64,000 nucleotides of DNA from a virus (Duplodnaviria; Caudoviricetes), in IMG/VR virus record IMGVR_UViG_3300028832_000109, positions 32,001 to 96,000 of that record. One strand, written 5' to 3'. The notes below the pieces were generated by a model. That model was given only the letters and a program-made list of their open reading frames with translations. It had not been told where the DNA came from and ran no database searches. The position numbers were made by a program, and so were the translations under genes. This document shows positions 37,089 to 45,750 of this stretch, piece after piece; position 1 is the first letter of the stretch, and each line of letters begins with the position of its first letter.

Positions 37089-37103
37089 AGGTCTTTATGG
37101 AAT

Positions 37104-37113
37104 AAATATAGCA
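37104..37113 (-). promoter_or_regulatory. TGCTATATTT promoter of polymerase gene
   Basis: Motif 15 nt upstream of ATG 37088. Confidence 0.65.
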
Positions 37114-37137
37114 CATAGTGGGCGGGGATGCTAGAGA

Positions 37138-37160
37138 AAATCCCGGAAAATCCGGGATTT
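37138..37160. terminator. Hairpin terminator downstream of ORF 37204-37860
   Basis: AAATCCCGG-aaaat-CCGGGATTT, T-rich flank on minus strand. Confidence 0.65.
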
Positions 37161-37203
37161 ATTAAATGTGTGCTGATGTTCGGATAATCCGATTCGTTAA
37201 GAA

Positions 37204-37860
37204 TTAATCTTTTTTAGCATCGGATTTTCCCGACTTATTTGCGCCGGGCATTTTCTTGCCAAGGTAAGGTGACAGCTCGTCGATTTTCTTCAAAACCTTC
37301 GCTGCATCGGACTTGGTTTTCTCGTCGACCCCAAGGCCCTTCACGAATCCTTTGAGCATCTCGATTTTTCTTTGCCGGCGGCTTTCCTCGGAAAACTTCT
37401 TGTTGGACTCGGCACCGGAACGCTGGGTAGCGGCTGCATTCTTGGCGGCAGTGTCGAAACTCCCGGACTTGGGCTTGGGTTCCCCCTTGGCCTCATGGGA
37501 AGCATCCTCGGTCACCAGTTGCGTGACCTGCTTGTCTTCCTTCTTCTCGGTGACGGTGACGTTTTCGGTGACCTGGTCCTTGGTCTGTTTAGTCGGCACC
37601 TCGGTGCCCTTGGCTGCCTTAGAGCCCTTGCTCATGTCAGGGTTCGTTGCCGTCTTGGCCTTGCCGACCTTCTTGGAATCGGCCGTCCAGGTACCGAAGT
37701 CCACCTTCTTTCCTTCGAAAATGCCGATGGACTCGACAATGGGACGGGGGTTCCGGACCTCGTTGTACGGTAGCTGTTCTTCGATTGGCTGATTTGCAAT
37801 GCTTTCAAACAATGCAAGAGTGCGGTCTTCTTCTTCGAGGCTGTAGTAACCAATACCCAT
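37204..37860 (-). CDS. Lys-rich late protein with LFE-S/IVE-S/IFE-G sites
   Basis: 218 aa; ATAAACT at 37896-37902. Confidence 0.7.
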   Translation of the reverse strand: MGIGYYSLEEEDRTLALFESIANQPIEEQLPYNEVRNPRPIVESIGIFEGKKVDFGTWTADSKKVGKAKTATNPDMSKGSKAAKGTEVPTKQTKDQVTENVTVTEKKEDKQVTQLVTEDASHEAKGEPKPKSGSFDTAAKNAAATQRSGAESNKKFSEESRRQRKIEMLKGFVKGLGVDEKTKSDAAKVLKKIDELSPYLGKKMPGANKSGKSDAKKD

Positions 37861-37925
37861 GTCGATACCTGCCTAAGGAAATGCGTTTTGTGAACAGTTT
37901 ATAATCCGAGTCTTCTTTTTTATCG

Positions 37926-38672
37926 CTAAAAGTCCCAATCGAGCAACAACCCGACACGCCCTCGCCATGGTTCGGTGTATTTTGCGGTCATTCCTCTCTT
38001 TTTGCAGGCATTGATAAATTCGTTTGCGGCAACCGGGTCAAATTCTTCCTCATGGAACCATATACCGGTATGGCCGTGTGCCCAGTGAACCTGTCCACTG
38101 CTTATCTGCGACTTTATGCCATCAAGGCCCGGTATTGCCTTGCCGACTTCCTTTTCGGCCGCATCAATCTCGCCAACGAGAAGCTTGTCCTTTTCCTTTT
38201 CCAAGGCCTCGTCGGTGAAGTTTACCCTCATCATGATATCCGTCGCGTTCATTGTCCAGAAGTTTGACCGGATACCGGCATCGGCTAGCATTTGGACCAG
38301 TTCCGCCATGGTTGACTGCACCACGGGATTGTTTGCCTCGTTCTGTACATTTAAAGCGGATAACTGTATTCTTCCGGTAGGCTCGCGCTCGGACAGTATA
38401 TCGTTAAGCCCGGCCAGTATTTTTCTACCGAATGTCCCAAGGACCCTGAGATGATATTTTGCACTTGCAGGACCTTCTGCAGTCGGGGCCTCGTTGGCCA
38501 GACCGGAAATCTTCTCGTCCAGACGTGCAGAAAAATTCTTAATTCTGTCGCCCACCGGCTGCAGCGTGTATTTTGTTGACTCCATGAGCGCACACTCAGC
38601 GAACGCTCGTTCCGCCGACTCGAAATTGGGACACAACAAGCTCAAATCCATTACCGGCATATCATCCTCCAT
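37926..38672 (-). CDS. Late hypothetical protein (FE-S, LME-S sites)
   Basis: 248 aa; ATAAACT at 38683-38689. Confidence 0.7.
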   Translation of the reverse strand: MEDDMPVMDLSLLCPNFESAERAFAECALMESTKYTLQPVGDRIKNFSARLDEKISGLANEAPTAEGPASAKYHLRVLGTFGRKILAGLNDILSEREPTGRIQLSALNVQNEANNPVVQSTMAELVQMLADAGIRSNFWTMNATDIMMRVNFTDEALEKEKDKLLVGEIDAAEKEVGKAIPGLDGIKSQISSGQVHWAHGHTGIWFHEEEFDPVAANEFINACKKRGMTAKYTEPWRGRVGLLLDWDF

Positions 38673-38682
38673 GTTATTCCAT

Positions 38683-38706
38683 AGTTTATGCTCCAGTCGA
38701 TAAACT
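38683..38706. promoter_or_regulatory. Divergent ATAAACT late promoters (38683-38689 -, 38700-38706 +)
   Basis: AGTTTAT-gctccagtcg-ATAAACT. Confidence 0.7.
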
Positions 38707-38727
38707 GCATTTCACGGAGATACCGCA

Positions 38728-39324
38728 ATGAACAAACCGAGGATTACCACAATGTCGTCTCCCCTTTGGAAAGCACTGGCGACTGGATACCAGGTTTGCC
38801 TGGAAAGCGAGTCATACAATCCCGGACAAGTCCGGGAGGCTACCCGCGAAGAATACGACCGAGTATGCACAGCAATAGCCGAGAACGAGGTAACCGAGTA
38901 TTATCCCGGACTTACCCCGGAAGAACACGCGGCCAAGGTGCAGAGCTTCCTTTCCGACAACGACCGGGTGTGGAACTGCCATCTGCACGCCTATACCTAT
39001 GACGGGAACCAGATGCTCGTAACCGTCCCGAACAAGGACGGCAGCTCGTACATCTTCCTGGCATACATCGAGCCGACCAAGCGCGGTACTGGCCTGGCAA
39101 CGATGGTCCTGAAGAAGTGCATAGCCGACCACCCGGAAGGCCTGTCCTTGCATACAAACAAGGAGAACCGTCTAGTACGTGGCCTGTGCAAGCATTTCGG
39201 GTTCGCCGAATACCCGTCCAGAATCCCCGACGAGGTATTCATGGCAAACAAGCCCGGTATCGGAGGCGAGGAATGGTGGGACGACCCGGAACAGGAGAAG
39301 AGCAATGGACCTGAACTTACCTAA
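38728..39324 (+). CDS. GNAT-family acetyltransferase with N-terminal leader
   Basis: AYIEPTKRGTGLATMVL (motif A), LHTNKEN...LCKHFGF (motif B). Confidence 0.8.
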   Translation: MNKPRITTMSSPLWKALATGYQVCLESESYNPGQVREATREEYDRVCTAIAENEVTEYYPGLTPEEHAAKVQSFLSDNDRVWNCHLHAYTYDGNQMLVTVPNKDGSSYIFLAYIEPTKRGTGLATMVLKKCIADHPEGLSLHTNKENRLVRGLCKHFGFAEYPSRIPDEVFMANKPGIGGEEWWDDPEQEKSNGPELT

Positions 39325-39964
39325 GACTTCCACGGCCAGCCACGAGCTGCCCATATTCAACGAATTGAGCAAGGAATCCGGACTCCCGGTAAGCGAGATA
39401 AAGGCCAGGTTCCGCAACAAGATGCTCGAACTCCATCAGGAGGCGCTCGACGACCCATCCACGCAGGTGATGGGCGGGGATTCTCAAGAAATGGTGCACA
39501 ACGCAATCAACGAGTTGCGCAAGGAACTCCAGCACCCCGAAGAAACATCCAGCGACTCCGAAGAATACGATTCCATCATGGGTTTCGACCCGTCGCAGCC
39601 GGTGCCCGGTGCAGACATCTTCTCATCCGATGGCGGAGGTTTCGGAGGTGGCGGATTCGGTGGAGGGTTCGGTGGCGACATTGGCGGAACCGGTGGTGAC
39701 ATTGGCGGGTCTGCCGGCGGTGGATTCGGCGGAGGCATAGACAATATGGACCTCGGGTTCTCTGATGAAGGCATGGACGCCGTAAACTCCGTAGCCAGCG
39801 AAGGATACGAAGACCCGAACATGTCCCCGGCCGAGTCGGCTGGAGAAGTAAACGCCATGTCGGAGCTCGAACCGGACATCCCGGACGGGACCGACAATAC
39901 TGAAAACGGCGGTTCCGAAGAACCGCCGCCAGAAAATCCGGAACCCACCGAAGACAACGGCTAG
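39305..39964 (+). CDS. Acidic Gly-rich late protein
   Basis: Start MDLNLP (GGAG RBS) overlapping GNAT end; GGGFGG repeats at ~39630-39740. Confidence 0.65.
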   Translation: MDLNLPKTSTASHELPIFNELSKESGLPVSEIKARFRNKMLELHQEALDDPSTQVMGGDSQEMVHNAINELRKELQHPEETSSDSEEYDSIMGFDPSQPVPGADIFSSDGGGFGGGGFGGGFGGDIGGTGGDIGGSAGGGFGGGIDNMDLGFSDEGMDAVNSVASEGYEDPNMSPAESAGEVNAMSELEPDIPDGTDNTENGGSEEPPPENPEPTEDNG

Positions 39965-41184
39965 CCGCCGAAATACATGCACTTCCTTGAGAACTTTTTG
40001 TCCCTGAACATAAGGAAGAGCCTGCCGTCCTCGCCGTAGAGCATTTCAAGGACGGCCTGTCCGGCATTCCTCACCATCATGGTGCTCACGTCCATCGGGA
40101 ACATGATGCGCTTGGACGTGTCCTTCATCAGCACGCCGCTCATGGTAATCGTACCGGAATACCTGTTTTCGTGCTTGTAATGAATCTCCACCGTCTTCTC
40201 GTCAAGCGGGACGAGTTCGACCGGCGCAATCGGGTCCTTGTAGTTCAGGCCGTATATCATGTTGATGGTGGCCATCATACCGATTGTATCGAACTTCATG
40301 TATGAAGTCATCCCTTCCGAGCTTTCCGAACGCAACGTTCCTTCGCTGTACTTGTAGTTGACAGCGTACAGCTTTCCAGCAGAGCGCACCCTGCCCCGGC
40401 TCCAGTCGATGTCGAATGTGCACAGCGGCTCGGTATTCACGAGCGGCATGATGCGGAACACGTTGACCGGTATGGATATGGCGAAATCCTTGCGGTCGGC
40501 TTCGTTCTCGGTTCCAAGCATCTTGACGAGGGAAGGCAGCGTGGCGATGCAGACCCTCTCGTTACCGGTACGGAACGAGAGCGTGCCGCCGATACGGACC
40601 AGCTCGACCCGTTCGAACTCGTAGCAGCTCTCGAGAATCGAGGCGATGACCATCTGCTCGACCTGGATTGTCTCGTCGGTGCAGAAAGTCTCGTCCAGCT
40701 CGAACGGCTCGACGAATGGCATGCTGGCCTCGACCTCGAAGCATTGAAGCTGTTCGTTGTAGGAAGAACCGATATAGAGACGGTCGTTCGCAATCCAAAG
40801 GGACACCAGGCCTTCCTGGACACCCTTGTCGCATGCAATATAGAAATCCTGCAGGTTCACGTACACATCGTGCTCGAGGCATTCCGACTTCAACGTAGTG
40901 TCCACCAACGCCGTCACGCCCTTCTCGGTGGTCATCTTCATGTAGACCATCCCGTCGTCATCGTTGACGAACGTCTCGAGATGAAGCCTGTTGTCCTCGG
41001 ACTCGCTAGAAAAACCAATGAACGATACCGCCTCGCGGAAACCGGTTACCGTGCTGAACGTGGTAAGTTTTGGCCCCTCATCCTCTTCCTGGACAGGTTC
41101 TTCCGCCGGGGCCGTCGAGGCCTCCTGCACCGGTTCTTCCACTGGGTTGATTTCGGTTTCCTGGGTAACATCTGATTCGGCCAT
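39961..41184 (-). CDS. Hypothetical protein, possibly DnaN (beta-clamp)-like fold
   Basis: Start MAESD with AAGGAG RBS; FREAV...S...NR..L, VYVNL..F, L.FRT.N, ISIP...F pattern over ~360 aa. Confidence 0.45.
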   Translation of the reverse strand: MAESDVTQETEINPVEEPVQEASTAPAEEPVQEEDEGPKLTTFSTVTGFREAVSFIGFSSESEDNRLHLETFVNDDDGMVYMKMTTEKGVTALVDTTLKSECLEHDVYVNLQDFYIACDKGVQEGLVSLWIANDRLYIGSSYNEQLQCFEVEASMPFVEPFELDETFCTDETIQVEQMVIASILESCYEFERVELVRIGGTLSFRTGNERVCIATLPSLVKMLGTENEADRKDFAISIPVNVFRIMPLVNTEPLCTFDIDWSRGRVRSAGKLYAVNYKYSEGTLRSESSEGMTSYMKFDTIGMMATINMIYGLNYKDPIAPVELVPLDEKTVEIHYKHENRYSGTITMSGVLMKDTSKRIMFPMDVSTMMVRNAGQAVLEMLYGEDGRLFLMFRDKKFSRKCMYFGG

Positions 41185-41230
41185 AAAATTCGCTCCTTTT
41201 CCGTTAAAACTATGACATTTCAAGGCAACG

Positions 41231-41255
41231 AAAAAACGCGGGCTTTCGCCCGCGT
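41231..41255 (-). terminator. Intrinsic terminator
   Basis: Minus strand ACGCGGGC-GAAA-GCCCGCGT-TTTTT. Confidence 0.85.
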
Positions 41256-41271
41256 CTCGAATATCTGTCAG

Positions 41272-42798
41272 CTAGAACAGGTTGTCCAGCGACTCGATTG
41301 CCAAGTCGGTCTTGTCCTTCCCACCGCCTTCCGCGGCATTCCCGTTCTCGGACATGTCTATCCCGGCGTTCATCTCGCCGGCATCCATCCCGCCCATGGG
41401 GCCGAACTTCTCTTGGGCGGAATCCATCAGGTCGCCCATTTCGCCGGCCCCGCCGAAATTCACGGTAGAGTCCATGTCGAGGCCTCCGTTTCCGGCAGGA
41501 GCGAAGTCGTCTTCGGGGAAAGTCATCGCGGCGGCTTCCTTGGCCACGTCGTGCATGGCGGTGCCGTCAGTATTGTAGACTTCAGGGAACCACTTCCCGA
41601 GGTCCGTCTTGAACTTGGTGACGTCGACCTTCCCGCCTTCGAGGGCGTGAGCGAACTGCTGCAGGCCCTTGATTGGAAGCACCGTGTCGAGGGCCTTGTA
41701 GTCGTCGAATGAAAGGAACTGCTCGAGAATCTCGTCAGGAATCATGTTCTTGACACCCGGGAAGCCCTCATACCACTCGGTCGCGGATGGCTTGACACCG
41801 CCGGACTGGTTGTCGTTGATGTAGTTGATTGCGTCGGCCACAATCTGCGCCAGGTTGTCCCAGGCAGCCTGTGAAAGACCGGAGCCGTTGTCCGGGTCGC
41901 TCGGAAGGACAAACTCACGGAATTCCATCATGTTGTCGCCATCGCCGTTGCCATCGGTCACGCCGTTTACGTCGCCCGCATTCTGCGGGTGCTCGGTACC
42001 GTCGGCCCCGTTCGGAACCTGTGGCGCGTTCGGGTCAGTGGTTGCGCCCGGTGCGGTGCTCCCGTCGGGAGGTGCGCTGAAGTCGTCCGGCCCGAAGTCT
42101 CCCCCGGCCTCGAACATGGCCACCGTGTCATTGCACACGTCAAGCAGCTTCTGCAGGCGCCAGTCAACCGATTCGTAAGCGGTGATGTTGTTTGGGTCGG
42201 AATTAGCCACGCCGAGCGTATCGTTGAAGTCGTTTCCCGGAGTCTTCACGGCGCCTATACCGTAAGACAGGTCGTCGAGCGATGTCTCGTTCTCCTGCTG
42301 GATGAGGTTCTTCGCGTTTTCCCGGATAGACTGGGCGAAGTTCCCCTGGAACTGGTCGGAATCAAGCGCCACGTCATACAGCATGGAACGCCCGCCCTTC
42401 AAGCTCAGCTCGACGCTGATGGCGTTGTGCGCGTTGGGATATTTGAGGTTGATTGTTACCGGAACCCCGTTGCACGAGAACTCGCCGTTCAGCGAGGCCT
42501 GGTCCATGTCCATCCCGGAAAGGTTGAGCCGCATCGGGGAATACGATGTAGACGAAGTGGCCTCGGTCATAATCTTGATGCCGATGTCTTTCAGGGACAG
42601 GTAGTTCCTGTCCATGAGCAGACTCTTGTTCTCGTACGTCCGATGGTCCCAGTTCTTCCTGGTCTGGTCGCCTACGGGACCGAGAGTCCCCTTCATCATC
42701 TTCACCGTAGTGGTACGGGCCGGCTTGACCGGGCCGCTTTCCGTCTTGGTATATGCGAAAGCCTTCTGGAAGTCTTTCAGTGAAATGCCATTGCTCAC
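41272..42798 (-). CDS. Acidic late protein (putative head/core protein)
   Basis: 508 aa, GTG start with GAGG RBS, ATAAACT at 42832-42838, AYE-S/MFE-A sites. Confidence 0.7.
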   Translation of the reverse strand: MSNGISLKDFQKAFAYTKTESGPVKPARTTTVKMMKGTLGPVGDQTRKNWDHRTYENKSLLMDRNYLSLKDIGIKIMTEATSSTSYSPMRLNLSGMDMDQASLNGEFSCNGVPVTINLKYPNAHNAISVELSLKGGRSMLYDVALDSDQFQGNFAQSIRENAKNLIQQENETSLDDLSYGIGAVKTPGNDFNDTLGVANSDPNNITAYESVDWRLQKLLDVCNDTVAMFEAGGDFGPDDFSAPPDGSTAPGATTDPNAPQVPNGADGTEHPQNAGDVNGVTDGNGDGDNMMEFREFVLPSDPDNGSGLSQAAWDNLAQIVADAINYINDNQSGGVKPSATEWYEGFPGVKNMIPDEILEQFLSFDDYKALDTVLPIKGLQQFAHALEGGKVDVTKFKTDLGKWFPEVYNTDGTAMHDVAKEAAAMTFPEDDFAPAGNGGLDMDSTVNFGGAGEMGDLMDSAQEKFGPMGGMDAGEMNAGIDMSENGNAAEGGGKDKTDLAIESLDNLF

Positions 42799-42847
42799 GG
42801 GAACCTCGCCATCGTGGAAAAATTTCCCGTAAGTTTATATTCCGAGG

Positions 42848-43732
42848 CTATTCCACCAGGCTTTCGTGGTTGATTTCGCCACCGTCGCTCTCCATGCCGG
42901 CAACGTACATGGAAATCGGGTCGGCTGGGTCGGCGCCCGGTATGTTGGAAAACGCCTTCACGGTCACCTTGTCGCGCTGGGCAGACTTGATGTGGCGAAC
43001 CTCCACCTCGTAGTCCGTGTCGATGCCTTTCAGGATGTTGAAGTAGATTGCCGGAATCTTGCGGAACTTGTCGTGCGAGCTGGCGTAAGCGGCATCTATG
43101 TTGGCCGCGGCCCCCATCTTGGTGCAGTTCCTCGGGATGACGTTGGTAATCTGCTGTCCGGTTCGTCCCTTCATGTAAATGCTGACCTTGGTGTGGGTGA
43201 GCACGACGGAGACAAACTGGCAACCTGGGACCATCTTCAGCTCGTCGCACATCGTCTTCAACTCGTTGCGGTCCAGTATGACGGTAGACAGCAGGTTCAT
43301 GGGGTCCTTGTCGCGGTCGCAGGGGCAGTGCCTGGACTTGGCGTCGAAACGGGTCGGGTCGGCGCATATGCTACGCGCGACCTTCGTCGCGGCCCCATCC
43401 GCGTCGTTCATGAACCTGACCATAGGGTATACGTGACCGTTCGTCAGGGTCTCGTCGAGTACGCTGACGTTTGCGACAGGATTTCCGGGAAAGCCGACGA
43501 GTTCGCAGAACCTGATGAATTCCATCATCGAGGCGACACATACCTCGTTCCCGGAAAAGTTAAGGTCGCTCGGACCAGCCGAGATGTGCAGGAAGGTCGC
43601 GGTTGTCGGCACCGTTATGCGGCACCGCCCGTTTCCCTTGAAGAACACGGTGGCCTTGGACTTGCTTACCATCGTGAGTTTTTTCAGCAGGGCAAAAAAC
43701 TGCGGGCTCATTGTAATTATTTGAGGTTCCAT
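42848..43732 (-). CDS. Sliding clamp (gp45-like)
   Basis: MS..FFALLKK...VS....F.KG, CVASMMEFIRFCELV, ADP motif; in replication operon. Confidence 0.65.
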   Translation of the reverse strand: MEPQIITMSPQFFALLKKLTMVSKSKATVFFKGNGRCRITVPTTATFLHISAGPSDLNFSGNEVCVASMMEFIRFCELVGFPGNPVANVSVLDETLTNGHVYPMVRFMNDADGAATKVARSICADPTRFDAKSRHCPCDRDKDPMNLLSTVILDRNELKTMCDELKMVPGCQFVSVVLTHTKVSIYMKGRTGQQITNVIPRNCTKMGAAANIDAAYASSHDKFRKIPAIYFNILKGIDTDYEVEVRHIKSAQRDKVTVKAFSNIPGADPADPISMYVAGMESDGGEINHESLVE

Positions 43733-43743
43733 AGGTCCATCCT

Positions 43744-45750
43744 TTAAATGTCTTCCATAGCTTTAGACTCAAAAGTAGCAATTCTGTCGATTGCCAGATT
43801 CATCTCGGTAGTTCCCGGCCGCACGTAATACTCCATCCCGGCCCAGCTGTCGACCGGTATCTGCATCATGGGCACTCCAGTCTTGCGGCATATCCCGGAC
43901 AACACAGGTCCCAGCAAGCCGCGCTGGTCCCCGAGCTGCTGGAAGAACCGCATGTTATCCAGTTCCCTTATGAAGTCGCCGCGGATGGCGACGAACGGGC
44001 CGTCCATTACCTGGACCGCGTGCGGGCCATGCCCGGAAATTCCGCGCACCTTCCGGTGCTCCCCGGTAATCTCGCTGTACAGCCCGTATTCTCCGTAGGA
44101 TTCCGGGCAGCGGTCCCAGGAACCGTCCGGGAGAAGATAGCCGTACCCGAACGGGGCTACCGCGCCGACGTTGGGAGGAACCTCCTCGAGCTGCCGGTGG
44201 AACGAGGGGTCGGTTATGAACGAAGTGGCCGCGACTATGACGACCCACGATGGAGTGACCTTCACCGACTGCTGCCCGTATATCTTCAGTGCGTTGTATA
44301 TCGCTCGGGCGAATGACGGCGGAATCTGCCTGCGGCCGAACGAAATGCCGCACCCGACCCTGAACAGGCACTCGTCCTTCGCGTTTGGATACTCGTCGTA
44401 CCGGCCGCGGTATCCGTTCGAGCTGAACACGAAGGTCACTATCTGCGGGTCGTCGGAAAGCCGGAGCACGTCGTTACGGCTAGGACGGCTCTGCCTGGTG
44501 GCGGGTCCCCCGGAAAGCACGTTGCGTATCGCGTCAAGCCTGGCCTTCTCGGCGTGAACCTTGGCGAGTACATCTTTGCGGTGCGTGTTCCTGGCTTCCT
44601 CCGATGCCTTGAACGCCCCCGCGATTGCCGCCTCCATCTGTTCGACAGGGTTGGAGAACACCACTTCCGGCGTGGCCGACTGCACTATGCTGGAATATTT
44701 GCGGCTGGTCCTCGAGGGCTTGTGCTTGCGCACTATCTTGACATCCACGCCGGATGCGTATACCGCGTCGACATCGGACTGCAGCCATCCGCGAGGGGGT
44801 ACTTTCGTGCTCCCGGTAGGCGGCACAATCTCCCCGGTCGGCAGAACTCGGCGGCATTTCCCGGATATGAACTCGTCGACCCAGCGCTCGCTCTTCATGA
44901 ACTTGTATCGGATGGCACGCCTGGTGTAGTGCTGGAATCCCTCGCAGTAGAACAGGCGCATGTTCTCCTTCTCTATCGCCTCCTCTATCTCCATGCGGGA
45001 ATAGCACCACTTCGCCGACCCGGAACCTACGGGATTGGATTGAACCTTCACTATCCCGAGCATGCGCATGTTCTCGAACTTCGCATCCCCGAATCCGGCA
45101 TATACGGAAGCCACGTACGGAGAGAGGTAATCCGGGAGTGGCTCCTTCCGGTATCTCCGGCGGTCGGATTTCCGCAGGTAGGCAAGGAGCTGGGCCTTGC
45201 TGTAGAGGTATGGGCAGCGTGGCTTGCGCGGTTCGGCGGAAATAAGGCCCTTCCGGGTCTGCTCCCTGAGGTACTTGGGGGACATGTCGATGAGCAGCGC
45301 GGCGACACGGCGGGGGACCGGGTGGGTAAGCTGCCCTACAAGATACTCGGGGAACCATTCCCGGTTGAACCGCTCGATGTCCTTGCGGTATACCGCGTTG
45401 TGCCCGGTTCGCGCCGATATGTGGGTTATCAGTTTCCCCTGCCTGACATAGCGGGTGAACTGGCGCGGAACCATGTGAAGTTCGAGCATCGCGTCCGCCA
45501 ACGTAAACTCGTGGAGAGGATGCAGGGTGTCGGGAGGCGAGACACGATACTTGGCGATGGCGTCCATCGCGGCAGCATACCGGAACATCTTCTTCCTGGC
45601 CTTGTTGTACCTGTACGGCAGGTCGGCGAATATGCCGCTGGAACGGAGCTTATGTCCGGGAATTCCTAGGTATTTTGACAGGAATTCGAACCCGATGAAT
45701 TCCGGTACAGTGCCGCGGCGCCGGTATGCATTTTTTAGTATCGCGGGCAT
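43744..45750 (-). CDS. Multi-HTH (MerR/Xis-like) protein fused to degenerate GT-A-like domain
   Basis: About five wHTH units, e.g. TLADAMLELHMVPRQFTRYVRQGKL...YRKDIERF; C-term PNVGAVAPFG...VQVMDGPFVAIR. Confidence 0.65.
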   Translation of the reverse strand: MPAILKNAYRRRGTVPEFIGFEFLSKYLGIPGHKLRSSGIFADLPYRYNKARKKMFRYAAAMDAIAKYRVSPPDTLHPLHEFTLADAMLELHMVPRQFTRYVRQGKLITHISARTGHNAVYRKDIERFNREWFPEYLVGQLTHPVPRRVAALLIDMSPKYLREQTRKGLISAEPRKPRCPYLYSKAQLLAYLRKSDRRRYRKEPLPDYLSPYVASVYAGFGDAKFENMRMLGIVKVQSNPVGSGSAKWCYSRMEIEEAIEKENMRLFYCEGFQHYTRRAIRYKFMKSERWVDEFISGKCRRVLPTGEIVPPTGSTKVPPRGWLQSDVDAVYASGVDVKIVRKHKPSRTSRKYSSIVQSATPEVVFSNPVEQMEAAIAGAFKASEEARNTHRKDVLAKVHAEKARLDAIRNVLSGGPATRQSRPSRNDVLRLSDDPQIVTFVFSSNGYRGRYDEYPNAKDECLFRVGCGISFGRRQIPPSFARAIYNALKIYGQQSVKVTPSWVVIVAATSFITDPSFHRQLEEVPPNVGAVAPFGYGYLLPDGSWDRCPESYGEYGLYSEITGEHRKVRGISGHGPHAVQVMDGPFVAIRGDFIRELDNMRFFQQLGDQRGLLGPVLSGICRKTGVPMMQIPVDSWAGMEYYVRPGTTEMNLAIDRIATFESKAMEDI

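Noticed and set aside
39630-39740. GGCGGA-rich tract as non-coding repeat or G-quadruplex element
   Set aside because: Fully explained by in-frame Gly-rich GGGFGG coding sequence
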